NCBI RefSeq assembly: GCF_963921235.1
Contig: NC_086108.1
Coordinates: 96,598,001-96,662,000, forward strand
Source of the DNA: Mobula hypostoma
Taxonomy: Eukaryota
Length of the DNA: 64,000 nt
Direction: 5' to 3'
The position numbers and the translations under genes were made by a program. Every line of letters starts with the position of its first letter. Position 1 is the stretch's first letter. Shown piece after piece: positions 38,798-50,800 of this stretch. The notes under the pieces were generated by a model. It was not told where the DNA came from. It saw only the letters and a program-made list of their open reading frames with translations, and did no database searches.

Positions 38798-41010
38798 TGA
38801 ATATGAGTGTACCTAGACATCTGATCTGCCTTCTGAGAAACTTCTGAGAAACCATCAAGAAGCAACAGTTAGAACACGAAACAACAAACTAGTTCAAGAT
38901 TGTGAAAGGAGTACGACAAGGCTATATACTGTCACGCTACTTATTTAATCTATATGCTGAACACATCTGCAGCATGCTACCACCCAAAGTGGACCCCCTA
39001 CAATTCACCTACCGACACAACCGATCGACAGACGACACAATAGCCACTGCTCGACACACCGTCCTTACACATCTGGAGAAGGAGAATGCTTATGTGAGAA
39101 TGCTGTTCTTGGACTACAGTTCAGCATTCATCACCATAATTCTCTCCAGGCTCGACAGGAAGCTCAGAGACTTCGGCCTTGACCCTGCCTTGTGTAGCTG
39201 GATCCTGGACTCCCTGTCAGATCACTGGCAAGTGGCAAGAGTGGGCTCCCTCGCCTCCACCCCTCTGACTTTCAACATAGGAGCCCCTCAGGGCTGAGCA
39301 CTAAGTCCCCTCCTTTACTCCCTGCATACCCACGACTGTGTCACCACCCACAGCTCTAATCTGCCAATTAAATTTGCCGACGACACTACATTGATTGGCC
39401 TAATCTCAAACAATAACGAGGTGGCCTACAGGGAAGAAGTTATCTCTCTGACACAGTGGTGTCAAGTAAACAACCTCTCCCTCAATGCACAAAGGAGCTG
39501 GTTGTGGATTACAGGAGAAATGGAGGGGGACTAATCCCCATTGACATTAATGGATCTGGGGTTGAGAGGGTAAACATCTTTAAATTCCTCGGCGTCCACA
39601 TCACCGAGGACCTCATGTGGTCTGTACACACCAGCTGTATGGTGAAAAAGGCACAACAGCGTCTCTTTCAACTCAGACAGTTGAGGAAGTTTGGTATGGG
39701 CCCCCAAATCCTAAGAACTTTCTACAGGCACACAATTGAGAGCATCCTGACTGGCTACATCACTGCCTGGTATGGGAACTGTACCTCTTTTAATCACACG
39801 ATTCTGCAGAGAGTGGTGTTGTCAGCCCAGCGTATCTGTAGTTGTGAACTTCCCATGGTTCAGGACATCTACAAAGACAGGTGTGAAACTAGGGACCCAA
39901 GCCACCCCAATCACAATCTATTCCAGCTGCTACCATCCAGGAAATGGTACCACAGCATAAAAGCCAGGACCAACAGGCTCTGGGACAGTTTCTTCCACCA
40001 GGCCATCAGACTGATTAACTCACACTGATTTGAGTGTATTTCTATGTTACATTGACTGTTCTATTTATTATAAATTATTATGATTGCACATTGCACATTC
40101 AGACCGAGACGAAACATAAAGATTTTTAGTCCTCATGTATGAGAAGGATGTAAGAAATAAAGTCAATTCAATTCATGAGGAATGCTGGTGTAGAGGACCC
40201 TAATATTGGAATCAAAATTGCCAGATGAAATATTAACAACCTCAGATATGCTCTAATGGCAGAAAGTGAGGATGATCTGAGGAAGCTTCTAATCAAAGTG
40301 AAAGAAGAAAGTGCAAAAGCTGGCTTGTTGCTCGATATTAAGAAAACCAAGATTATGTCAACTATTAACTCCATGGTAATAAATAGATAGGAAGTGGAAG
40401 CAGTGACTGATTTTGTCTTCCTTGATTCATAGATTTCTAAGATGGTAACTGCAGCCACAAAATTAAATGGCATTTACTTCTGGGGAGGTCAGCAATGGCA
40501 AACTTAGATAAAATACTGAAGAGCAGAGACATAACATTGTCTACAAAGATCCGTATAGTCAAGTCTATGGTATTTCCAGTTGTGATGTATGGCTGTGAGA
40601 GCTGTACTATTAGTAAGACTGAATACAAAAGAATAAATGCTTTTGAACTTGGAGGCTGGAGGAAAGTGTTAAAGAGTTCATTGGACAGCAAGAAGATCCA
40701 ACAAGTCAATACTTGAAGAAATACAGCCAGACTACTCACGAGGAGACTTGATTATCAGACAAAAGCCCAAATATTTTGGCCACATGATGCGAAAACAGGA
40801 TTCCTTGGAGAAGACTCATGTTGGAGAAAACAGAAGGTAAAAGAAGGAGAGGATGACAGAGGCTACGATGGATAGATAATATTACTCAGACAATGCGTAT
40901 GACCTTGGGGGATCTTAGACAGGCAGTTTCCAACAAGAAGGCTCAGTATGCAGGGATCCATGAGATCACAAAGAGTAGGACTCAACTTAATGACTGATCA
41001 AACAAAAAAA
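38798..41010 (+). mobile_element. RTE (BovB-like) LINE fragment inserted in the R4/Dong element and split by Rex1
   Basis: KGVRQG.ILS.YLFNLYAE and TKIRIVKSMVFPVVMYGCES motifs. A-rich tail. 10-bp TSD atgtcaggaa at 38788-38797 and 41011-41020. Confidence 0.88.
38966..40173 (+). mobile_element. Rex1/Babar-type LINE inserted in the RTE
   Basis: DPLQFTYRHNRST, MLFLDYSSAF, GAPQG, KFADD and FKFLGVHITEDL motifs. (attca)n tail. Confidence 0.9.
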
Positions 41011-41984
41011 ATGTCAGGAAGATCCGGAGGCCAACCTGCTAGGAGAATAACTCAGACAGCAGGCGGAGGACATGGAAATGGAAGTGGGTGAAGCAGAACC
41101 AGAGGACCAGAGACAATGGCAGGACAAGCCACTGCATGGGATGTACCATCGCCAGAATGATTACCAGTTGTCAGAGGTGGCTATTACAAGAAAGTCCTAC
41201 CGATGGCTGGAAATGGCAGGACTAAGGAACAGCACAGAGGCACTGCTCAAGGTTACACAGAACAGGTGCTGCTCATGCCTACACAGAACAGGCACTGAGC
41301 ACAACGGCAACAGAAGCAAGGGTCTATCATACCAGCCAAGACCCAAGATGCAGACTGTGCAAGGAATCCACTGAAACTATCCAACACGTAGTAGCAGGGT
41401 GCAAGATGCGGGCAGGGACAGTGTACACTGAACAGCACAACCAAGTTGCAGAAATTGTGTACAGGAACATCTGCAATGAGTATGGATTGGACACTCCCAA
41501 GTCCAAATGGGAAACACCCGAGAAGGTAATGCAGAATGACAGGAAACCTATGAGACTTCCAAATACAGACTGATAAGCAGGTACTGGCAAACCAATCAGA
41601 CATAGTAATACTGGACACAGAGCAGAAGAAATCGATAGTAATAGATGTGGCAATCCCAAATAACAGTAACATCAGGAAGAAAGAATATGAGAAGCTGAAG
41701 AAATACCAGGCTTGAAAGAGCAGATAGAAAGGATGTGGAAGGTTAAAGACAAGAGTAATCCTGGTGGTGAACTGTCACTTGGAGCTGTGACACCTGGACT
41801 GGAAGAGTGGCTGCAGCAAATCCCAGGAACAACATTTGAGATCTTGGTCCAGAAGAGAGCACTACTAGGTACAGCAAGGATACTGTGCCGAACCCTCAAG
41901 CTCCCAGGTCTCTGGTAGAGGACTCAAGATTGAGGAAAAAATAGACATACGCACCACCCACAGGAGGTGAGAAAAATATATAAT

Positions 41985-42580
41985 AGCTAAATTAAATAAG
42001 TAGTGCAAAAACAGAAGTAAAAAAGTAGTGAGGTAATGTTCATGGGTTCAATGTCCATTCAAAAATTGATAGCAGAGGGGAAGAAGCTATTCCTGAATCA
42101 CTGACTGTGTGTCATCAGGCTTCATTACCTCCTTTCTGATGGTAATAACGAGAAGAGGGCATGCCCTGGTTGGTGGGAGTCCTTAATGATGGATGCCACC
42201 TTTTTGAGGCATCGTTTCTTGAAGATGTCTTGGATGCAAATGAGGCTAGCACCCATGATGGAGCTAGCTAATTTCACAGTTCTCTCCAGCTTACTTCGAT
42301 CCTGTGCAATAGTACCTCACCCCCATACCAGACAGTGATGCAACCAGTTAGAATGCTCTCCATGGTATAGCTGTAGAAATATGCGAGTGTTTTAGGTGAC
42401 ATAACAAATCTCTTCAAACCCCTAATGAAATATAGCCGCTGTCTTGCTTTCTTTATAGCTGCATCAAATTGTCGGGACCAGTTTAGATCCTTAGAGATAT
42501 TGGCGCCCAGGAACTTGAAAATGCTCACTCTCTCCACTTGTGATCCCTCTAGGAGGACTGGTGTGTGTTCCCTCATCTTA
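41985..42580 (-). mobile_element. Rex1/Babar-type 3' fragment
   Basis: ORF 42274-42633 contains VERVSIFKFLG and KKARQRLYFIR. Confidence 0.85.
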
Positions 42581-42639
42581 CCATTTCTGATAAATATTTT
42601 TACTGACATCATCTCTCCATGAAATTGTGCCATTTACCA

Positions 42640-43268
42640 TAACAGCGGGAGGAGAGAGTACAGCGTGCCGCGCGTTTGCAGCCCTCCGGTGAAAAATGAT
42701 ATCGTATCTGTTAAATAGGGGCCGTGGACAATTCTGATTTGATGGAAACAGACGTGAAAGCACAGAGGAACATCTGAAGAAATTTCTGAAACACCCGTTC
42801 GCTGCTGTCGTTACTGCGCGATTGTGAATCTTCCAGAGGGAAGGCCTCAAAATCCCCGGTTTTGCCTCCTGTTAGTGACCGAGATTGAGGTCCAATCGCT
42901 TGGATAGAGATGGTGCTCGGTACTCGGTGTCGGAGAGCTGATCGGAGGCTCGAAGTTTTCGAATGACTCAGAGTCGGACTGTGGTCGGGCATAGCAGGGA
43001 GAGTTTTTCTTCCTTCTCTCGTCTGCGTGAGATGTGGGACATTTGAGAGACTTTGAACTCTTTACTGTGCTCATGGACTGTTCTTCAGCAAGTTATGGTA
43101 TTGTTGCACTGTTGTAACTATATGCTATAATTATGTGGTTTTGTTAGTTTTTTCAGTCTTGGTCTGTCCTGTGTTTTGTGATATCACACCGGAGGAAATA
43201 TTATATCATTTCTTAATGCATGCATTACTAAATGACAATAAAAGAGGACTGTGTGTCTTCATAATCTA
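42640..43268 (+). repeat. CpG-rich SINE-like non-autonomous element with a LINE-type tail (gacaataaaa...taatctaa)
   Basis: CpG-rich, non-coding island in an AT-rich intron. The 3' end resembles Rex1/L2 tails. Confidence 0.55.
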
Positions 43269-43306
43269 AATTATGTTTATTTTACTGCATGCAAGACCAT
43301 AGTGAA

Positions 43307-43862
43307 CTATGGTTGTTCGTCCGTCGTCGTCGTCGATGAAGACCTCGACACCATTGACGGTGTCAAGACTAGCGCATGATTTGGACTTAAGTGAGGGAGA
43401 ATTGCGCAGCGTCAGCCTCAGTGTCTCTTCCCAATTCCCATCTGGATCCAGTGGCAAGACAGAGTTGAGACAGCTGGAGATGGGACTAGGCGCTGTGGAT
43501 GACCAGGACGTCTTCTGTGTCTTGTCGTGCTCTACACGTTCCACGACGCTTGCAGAGACCGCCTTCATGACTGTTGGACCTTCCATTGGTCTCGTCCGCT
43601 CAATCCACCAGAGTCTGTCTTCACATGCTGGGATAGACATCTCCCTATCTCACCGAGGGTATGAGACCCATCGGCAACCCTCACCTGGTTTAGCTGGCTT
43701 GTCGGAGCCATTGCCCGGGGTGTGGCCACTGTCGTAAGCAAAAAGCTATCAGGAGCCACAGGTGAGAGCTGAGTACCAGGTGGGGACCAAAGGTGGACTA
43801 ACCGCCTTGAAAAGGACGCGACATGCTCCCTCACCAGAGGTGCTACCCCTCCCTGACACCCT
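43307..43862 (-). mobile_element. Short non-autonomous retroelement, probably RTE-related
   Basis: TSD atagtgaa at 43299-43306 and 43863-43870. (GAC)n-like tail. GC-rich 5' region reminiscent of RTE 5' UTRs. Confidence 0.65.
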
Positions 43863-44299
43863 ATAGTGAAAAAGTGGATAACAACTGTGGAACAATTTAT
43901 ATTTATACCAGGATGGTCAGAGTCATCAGTGTAGTGATCAACATGCTATGCCCCTTCAGTTGCAGGATGTCTGATATTTTGTGGACATACCTTAAGACAA
44001 TCTAGTCTTTAGTATAGTCTCCCTTTAGTACACTAACTTTAGTATATTAATCCATCGGAGAGATTTTCAATTTATTACAACCTGTGTTTTATTGCATTTA
44101 CAAAATGCTGAAACACTTCCTATCCATTACAAATTATGCTAAAATGTGTATATTAGCCATTCATAATTGACAACATAAAAATGGATTTGCCTTCAAATTG
44201 TGTGAAATTAACTCAACAGCTTGGGTGTACTTTGAAGGCAAATCCAATTTGAAAACACAAAATTCTATAGCATTTTACTTAAGAAATATTAAATCTTAC

Positions 44300-44433
44300 C
44301 ATAATGATTTGGATTTTTAAGAGCTCTTATGTAAAGAAATGTTGATCGTATCCACTCCAAAGCCACATTAACATCAGTGATGGTATTCAGTATTATTTCT
44401 GCATTTAAATGTTCAACAAGATGCTTGTGTAAA
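44300..44433 (-). CDS. HFM1: HFM1 coding exon (S)LHKHLVEHLNAEIILNTITDVNVALEWIRSTFLYIRALKNPNHY(G)
   Basis: 134 nt, ttttggtag acceptor, ATG|gtaaga donor, phase 2 to 1. Contains the HLNAEI and W..TFLYIR..NP.HYG winged-helix signature of MER3/Brr2-family helicases. Confidence 0.96.
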
Positions 44434-44486
44434 CTACCAAAAGAAAGAAATAGGAAATATCAAAATCCATCAACTTCAATACTTAC

Positions 44487-44587
44487 CATCTAATGCTTCC
44501 AGAAAAAAAGTATTTTGGATAACAAATGCATTACAGAAACTCTGAATATCTACCAATATGTGATCAGCCATGTGTTGATTGTAGCAC
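44487..44587 (-). other. Candidate alternative (mutually exclusive) HFM1 exon
   Basis: 101 nt, tttcag acceptor, ATG|gtaagt donor, stop-free, with the same phases (2 to 1) as the adjacent exon. Only 53 nt separate it from that exon. Confidence 0.35.
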
Positions 44588-44624
44588 CTGAAATTTAATT
44601 CAATTACAGTAAAAATAAATATCA

Positions 44625-44765
44625 GGAACAAAAACAACAGGAATTCTGCAGATGCTGGAAATTCAAGCAACACACATAAAAGTTGCTGGTGAACGCAGCA
44701 GGCCAGGCAGTATCTCTAGGAAGAGGTGCAGTCAACGTTTCAGGCCGAGACCCTTCGTCAGGTGT
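44625..44765 (-). mobile_element. Penelope pLTR fragment with a hammerhead core
   Basis: Nearly identical to 8862-8995. Confidence 0.85.
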
Positions 44766-45479
44766 TGCTTTCCAAGTTAGTGTCCAAGCCAAACTTCTGT
44801 ACTATATTTGGTGATTAGACTTTTAAAGTATTATTAGTAGCAACAAGTAAAATTTCTAGGTAAAAAATGGTCAAGCTGCATCTGTAAAGAAAGAGCAAGA
44901 GATAATACTGCATATTGGATTGATAATTGTAGTTGATCATCCTTGTAGAAAACCATGAGGACAGCCAGCTGATTAATTACACTGCTTTTCTACTCTGGCC
45001 ACTTGGGAGACAGAAATGAGCATAAAATGAGGCTGATAACAGGGGGCCTTAAGATGGACATTACCTGGCACCCTTACTAGCAATCACTGCCTTGAAGGCA
45101 GCAATTACATTGACTGAATGTGGAAGACAAGCTACATAGGTCTTTCACATCCTGGAGTCTTTTGGAGGACTCTCAACAGCAAAAAAGGCTTTGGACAACA
45201 CACTAGAGCAGCAGACACTGGCACAGCCATAGCTGGCGTCTTGCTGGCTGTAAAAAAACTATCAGTGGCTTTTAGTATTTTTAAACTTTATCGCTGTAAG
45301 AACTATCAATAACAATAAATATTTTTAAATTTCACATTTAAAAACTCATAAAATTGAATGAGATATAAAAATATTTCAAAGTTTCAAAAAATAAAGTGAA
45401 ACATTTATAAATAATTTATAGCATTGAAGTAAAATAATTTAGAAAATGAAGGACAAAGGATCTTGGACAAAATGTTTAC

Positions 45480-46720
45480 TTTTCCATAGGCGCTGCCTGG
45501 CCTGCTGAGTTTATGCAGCATTTTGTGTGTATTGCTTTGATTTCCAGCATCTGCAGATTTTCTCTTGTTGTAAATTCTTCTGTTATTATTTCAGAGGATC
45601 TGTCCTGGGTCTAGCATTTACGTGCCATTACAAAGGAAGTATGGCAGCGCCTCTAATTTCTTAGAAGTTTGCAAAGATTTGGCATGTTATCTAAAACTTT
45701 GATAAGCTTCTATAGATGTGTGGTCCTTGGTCCTGATGAAGACTCTCAGGCCGAAACATCAATTATTTACTCTTCTGGCCTGTTGAGTTCCTCCAGCATT
45801 TTGTATGTATTACAGAGGAAGTTAAAGTTGCTGACTCTCTCTACCTCTGATCCCCCGATGAGGACTGGCTCCTTGGTTTCCTCCTCCTGAAGTCAATAAT
45901 TTGCTCCTTGGTCTTTCTGACATTGAGTGAGAAGTTGTTGTTGTGGCACCACTCCGCCAGATTTTCAATCTCCCTTCTATATGCTGATTCATCACCACCT
46001 TTGATTCAACCAATGACAATGTCGTCATCAGCAAATTTGAATATGGCATTGGGTCTGTCCTTAGCCTCACAGTCATAATTTATAAAGCGATTAGAGCAGG
46101 GGGCTAAACATACAGCCTTGTGGTGCACCTGTGCTGATGGAGATTATGGATGACATGATGCTGCCAATCCAAACTGACTGGAGTCTGCAAGTGAAGAGAT
46201 CAAGCAGTTACACAAGGGGTTATTGAGGGAAAGGTCTTGTAGCTTATTGATTAGTTTTGAGGGGATGATACCATTGAATGCCTAGTTGTAGTCAACGAAG
46301 AGCATCCTGATATCTGCATTTTTGCTGTCCAGATATTCCAGGGTTGAATGAAGAGCCAATGAAGTGGCATCTGCTGTTGACCTGTTGTGATGATAGGCAA
46401 ACTGGAGCAGATCCAAGACCCTTCTCAGGCAGGAGTTGATATGTTTCGTCACCAATCTCATCACTTCATCACAGTGGGTGTAAGTGCTTCTGAATGACAG
46501 TCACCTCAGGCAGATTACCATATTCTCCTTAAGTGCTGGTATAATTAATGCCTGCATGAAGCAGGAGGGTACCTTAAACTGCCCAAACAAGAGGCTAAGA
46601 ATATTGGTGAACATTCAAGTCAGTTGATCGGCATGGTCTTTAGTACTCGGGCAGTTACCCTTCTGGGCTGGATGCTTTCTGTAGGATCATCTGTCAGCCT
46701 CAGAGTCTGAAATCAGTCAT
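45480..46720. mobile_element. Mosaic of PLE pLTR pieces and Rex1 fragments on both strands
   Basis: pLTR words at 45490-45570 and 45730-45810. Rex1 RT motifs LQFAYHHNRST, MLFVDY and KFADD on the minus strand at 45815-46720. Confidence 0.75.
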
Positions 46721-47877
46721 CGGGACTTTGGAACATACAGTTCTAAAAACTTAAATGGCAATTTTTGAATTGATAAAAGGAAAAATAATTCATCCACAAT
46801 GTAATCAATATGTGATATAAATTTACAGAAAAATCATGGAATTGTTCAAGAGCTGCATTGGATGACTTTGGATTAATACTGGATGGATGAAATAATTCAG
46901 TCTAAGGGATGTGACCTACATCATAAACATCTGCAAATTAAGGAGGACATCACCAATGACAAATAAATTCTTAATACTTGCAAGCTAGATTTTAATTCCA
47001 TTTGTACTTGTTTGTAATTTTGCCTGTAACATATGCATTGTACATGTGAGCTCCATGTATTCCACTATTATCTCTAAAAGGATAACATTAGGAGTGTATG
47101 GTTATTTCCTCAAAACAACAAAATACATTTTTATGAAATTCAGAATCGAACACATATTTTCAAGATCCGTCACCTTTGCTGCCAGTTTCCACTGAAGGTT
47201 CACTTTCACGTGTCATCCCTCAATGGATTGATTAAGGCAAGCAGCACAGCTGTGTTAAGGACAAATAAAGTCTCACCAATTTTTTGAAGAGGTAACTAAC
47301 AGAGTTAATGAGGTAAATGTAGTTTATGTGGTGTACATTGCTTTTCAGAGGGTTTTTGATAAGGGATTATGTTACAGGCTTATCAGCAAAGCAGAGGCAC
47401 ATAATAATTAATATCATATATACAACGTTAGTTAAGTAATTGGCAAAAAACCAGTTGTAGTGAGATTATTTATCAGACCCAAGATAGTGAGTTCTCGAAG
47501 GATTGGTGACAGCATTTTGTTTTCTTTGTTAAACATTAATGATTTCGATTTGGGTTGCAAGTTGTAGTTTCTAAATTTGTAGGTGACAAAAAAATTGGAA
47601 TACTATTAACTATGAAGAGGATAGTGATAAATTGTGCCACGATATTATTGGCTGGCTGAATGGGTAAATTCATACTAAATACAGTTAATGTGAGAAATGT
47701 GAGGTGATCCATCTGGTAAGAAAGATAAGGAGAGGCAAATACAGAATAAGAAATACTGTTTTGAAAAGGGTGCAGGAGAACAAAGTTCCGGGCCATAGGT
47801 GTAAAAGTCAGTGAAAGTGGTAGGACAGGCTGAGATAACAATTAATAAGGTATACACAATTATAATACAAACGTTTG

Positions 47878-50800
47878 TACATAGAGCATAGAATAGTACA
47901 GAACAGTACAGGCCCTTCGGCCCACAATGTTGTGCCAACCCTTAAACCCTGCCTCCCATATAACCCCCCACCTTAAATTCTTCCATATACCTGTCTAGTA
48001 GTCTCTTAAATTGCACTAGTGTATCTGCCTCCACCACTGACTCAGGTAGTGCATTCTACGCACCAACCACTCTCCGAGTAAAAAACCTTCCTCTAATATC
48101 CCCCTTGAACTTCCCACCTCTTACCTTAAAGCCAAGTCCTCTTGTATTGAGCAGTGGGGCCCTGAGGAAGAGGCACTGGCTGTCCACTCTATCTATTCCT
48201 CTTAATATCTTGTATACCTCTATCATGACTCCTCTCATCCTCCTTCTCCCCAAAGAGTAAAGCCTTAGCTCCCTTAATCTCTGATCATAATGCATACTCA
48301 CTAAACCTGGTAAATCTCCTCTGTATCCTTTCCAATGCTTCCACCTCCTTCCTATAGTGAGGTGACCAGAACTGGACACAGTACTCCAAGTGTGGCCTAA
48401 CCAGAGTTTTATACAGCTGCATCATTAACCCCACGACTCTTAAACTCTATCCCTCGACTTATGAAAGCTAACACCCCATAAGCTTTCTTAACTACCCTAT
48501 CTACCTTTGAGGCAACTTTCAGGGATCTGTGGACATGTACCCCCAGATCCCTCTGCTCCTCCACACTACCAAGTATCCTGCTATTTACTTTGTACTCTGC
48601 CTTGGAGTTTGTCCTTCCAAAGTGTACCACCTCCCACTTCTCCAGGTTAAACTCCATCTGCCACTTCTCAGCCCACTTCTGCATCCTATCAATGTCTCTC
48701 TGCAATCTTCGACAATCCTCTACACTATCCACAACACCACCAACCTTTGTGTCGTCTGCAAACTTGCCAACCCACCCTTCTACCCCCACATCCAGGTCGT
48801 TAATAAAAATCACGGAAAGTAGAGGTCCCTGAACCGATCCTTATGGGACACCACTAGTCACAACCCTCCAATCCGAATGTACTCCCTCCACCACGACCCT
48901 CTGCTTTCTGCAGGCAAGCCAATTGTGAATCCACCTGGCCAAACTTCCCTGGATCCCATGCCTTCTGACTTTCTGATTAAGCCTACCGTATGGAACCTTG
49001 TCAAGTGTCTTACTAAAATCCATGTAGATCACATCCACTGCACTACCCTCATCTATATGCCTGGACACCTCCTCAAAGAACTCTATCAGTCTTGTTAGGC
49101 GCGATCCGTCCTTCACAAAGCCATGCTGACTGTCCCTGATCAGACCATGATTCTCTAAATGCCCATAGATCCTATCTCTAAGAATCTTTTTCAGCAGCTT
49201 TCCCACCACAGACGTAAGGCTCACTGGTCTATAATTACCCGGACTATCCGTACTACCTTTTTTGAACAAGGGGGCAACATTCACCTCCCTCCAATCCTCC
49301 AGTACCATTCCCGTGGACAATGAGGACATAAAGATCCTAGCCAGAGGCTCAGCAATCTCTTCCCTCACCTCGTGGAGCAGCCTGGGGAATATTCCATCAG
49401 GCCCCGGGGACTTATCCGTCCTAATGTATTTTAACAACTCCTCACCGTCATCAAGTTCCCTCTCTTTGGTGAATACCGAAGAGAAGTATTCATTGAGGAC
49501 CATTCTCACTTCCACAGCCTCCAGGCACATCTTCCCACCTTTATCTCTAATCGGTCCTATCTTCACTCCTGTCATCCTTTCGTTCTTCACGTAATTGAAG
49601 AATGCCTTGGGGTTTTCCTTTACCCTACTCGCCAAGGCCTTCTCATGCCCCCTTCTTGCTCTTCTCAGCCCCTTTTTAAGCTCCTTTCTTGCTGCCCTAC
49701 GTTCCTCAATAGACCCATATGATCCTTGCTTCCTAAATCTCATGTATGCTGTCTTCTTCCCCGACTACATTCTCCACCTCACTTGTCACCCATGGTTTCT
49801 TCACCCTACCATTCTTTATCTTCCTCACCGGGACAAATTTATCCCTAATATCCTGCAAGAGATCCCTAAACATCGACCACATGTCCATAGTACATTTCCC
49901 TGCAAAAACATCATCCCAATTCACAGCCACAAGTTCTAGCCTTATAGCCTCATAATTTGCCCTTCCCCAATTAAAGATTTTCCTGTCCTCTCTGATTCTA
50001 TCCTTTTCCATGATAATGCAAAAGGCCAGGGAACAGTGGTCACTGCTCCCCAGATGCTCACCCACTGAGAGATCTGCGACCTGACCCGGTTCATTACCTA
50101 ATACTAGATCTAGTGTGGCATTCCCCCTAGTTGGCCTGTCAACATACTGTGACAGGAATCCATCCTGGACACACTTAACAAACTCTGCCCTGTCTAAACC
50201 ATTGGAACTAATCAGGTGCCAATCAATATTAGGGAAGTTAAAGTCACCCATGATAACAACCCTGTTATTTTTGCACCTTTCCAAAATCTGCCTCCCAATC
50301 TGCTCCTTGGTATCTCTGCTGCTATCAGGGAGCCTATAGAATACTCCCAAAAGAGTAACTGCTCCCTTCCTGTTCCTGACTTCTACCCCTACTGCCTCAA
50401 AAGAGCATCCTGCTACATTACCCACCCTTCCTGTAGCTGTAATAGTATCCCTGACCAGTAATGCCACCCCTCCTCCCCTTCCCCGCCCCCCCCCCATCCC
50501 TTTTAAGCCTATAGAGTTAGGGAACTGGAGCTGGAGCTGTATGAACTTCAGATCATTCGTGAGGCAGAGGCAGAAATAGACAGGAGTTACAGGGACTCTA
50601 TCCCTCTATCCCCGTGGGCATGTGGCCAAGTGGTTAAGGCATTCGACTAGGGATCTGAAGGTCATGAGTTCAAGTCCCAGCCGAGGCAACATTTTGTGTC
50701 TTTGAGCAAGGCATTTAATCACTCATTACTCTGCGACGACACTGGTGCCAAGCTGTATGGGTCCTAATGCCCTTCCCTTGGACGGTGGCGTGGAGAGGGG

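Larger units (their letters stand above)
38115..41980 (+). mobile_element. R4/Dong-like LINE with restriction-like endonuclease (own pieces about 38115-38797 and 41011-41980)
   Basis: GTYQGDALSPLL, MDDIKLY, WQDKPLHGMY, CRLCKE..ETIQHVVAGC knuckle, DIVILD...IDVAIP..K..EK..KY endonuclease motif, ERMWKVK. Confidence 0.8.

Noticed and set aside
43660..43862. HDV-like ribozyme at the 5' end of the RTE-related short element
   Set aside because: Stems are present, but I could not thread the P1/P2/P3/P1.1 nested pseudoknot by eye. Left as a suggested search only.
50615..50690. tRNA gene (also 54134-54205)
   Set aside because: A and B boxes are present, but there is no clean cloverleaf or T-run terminator, and both continue into a shared SINE body.
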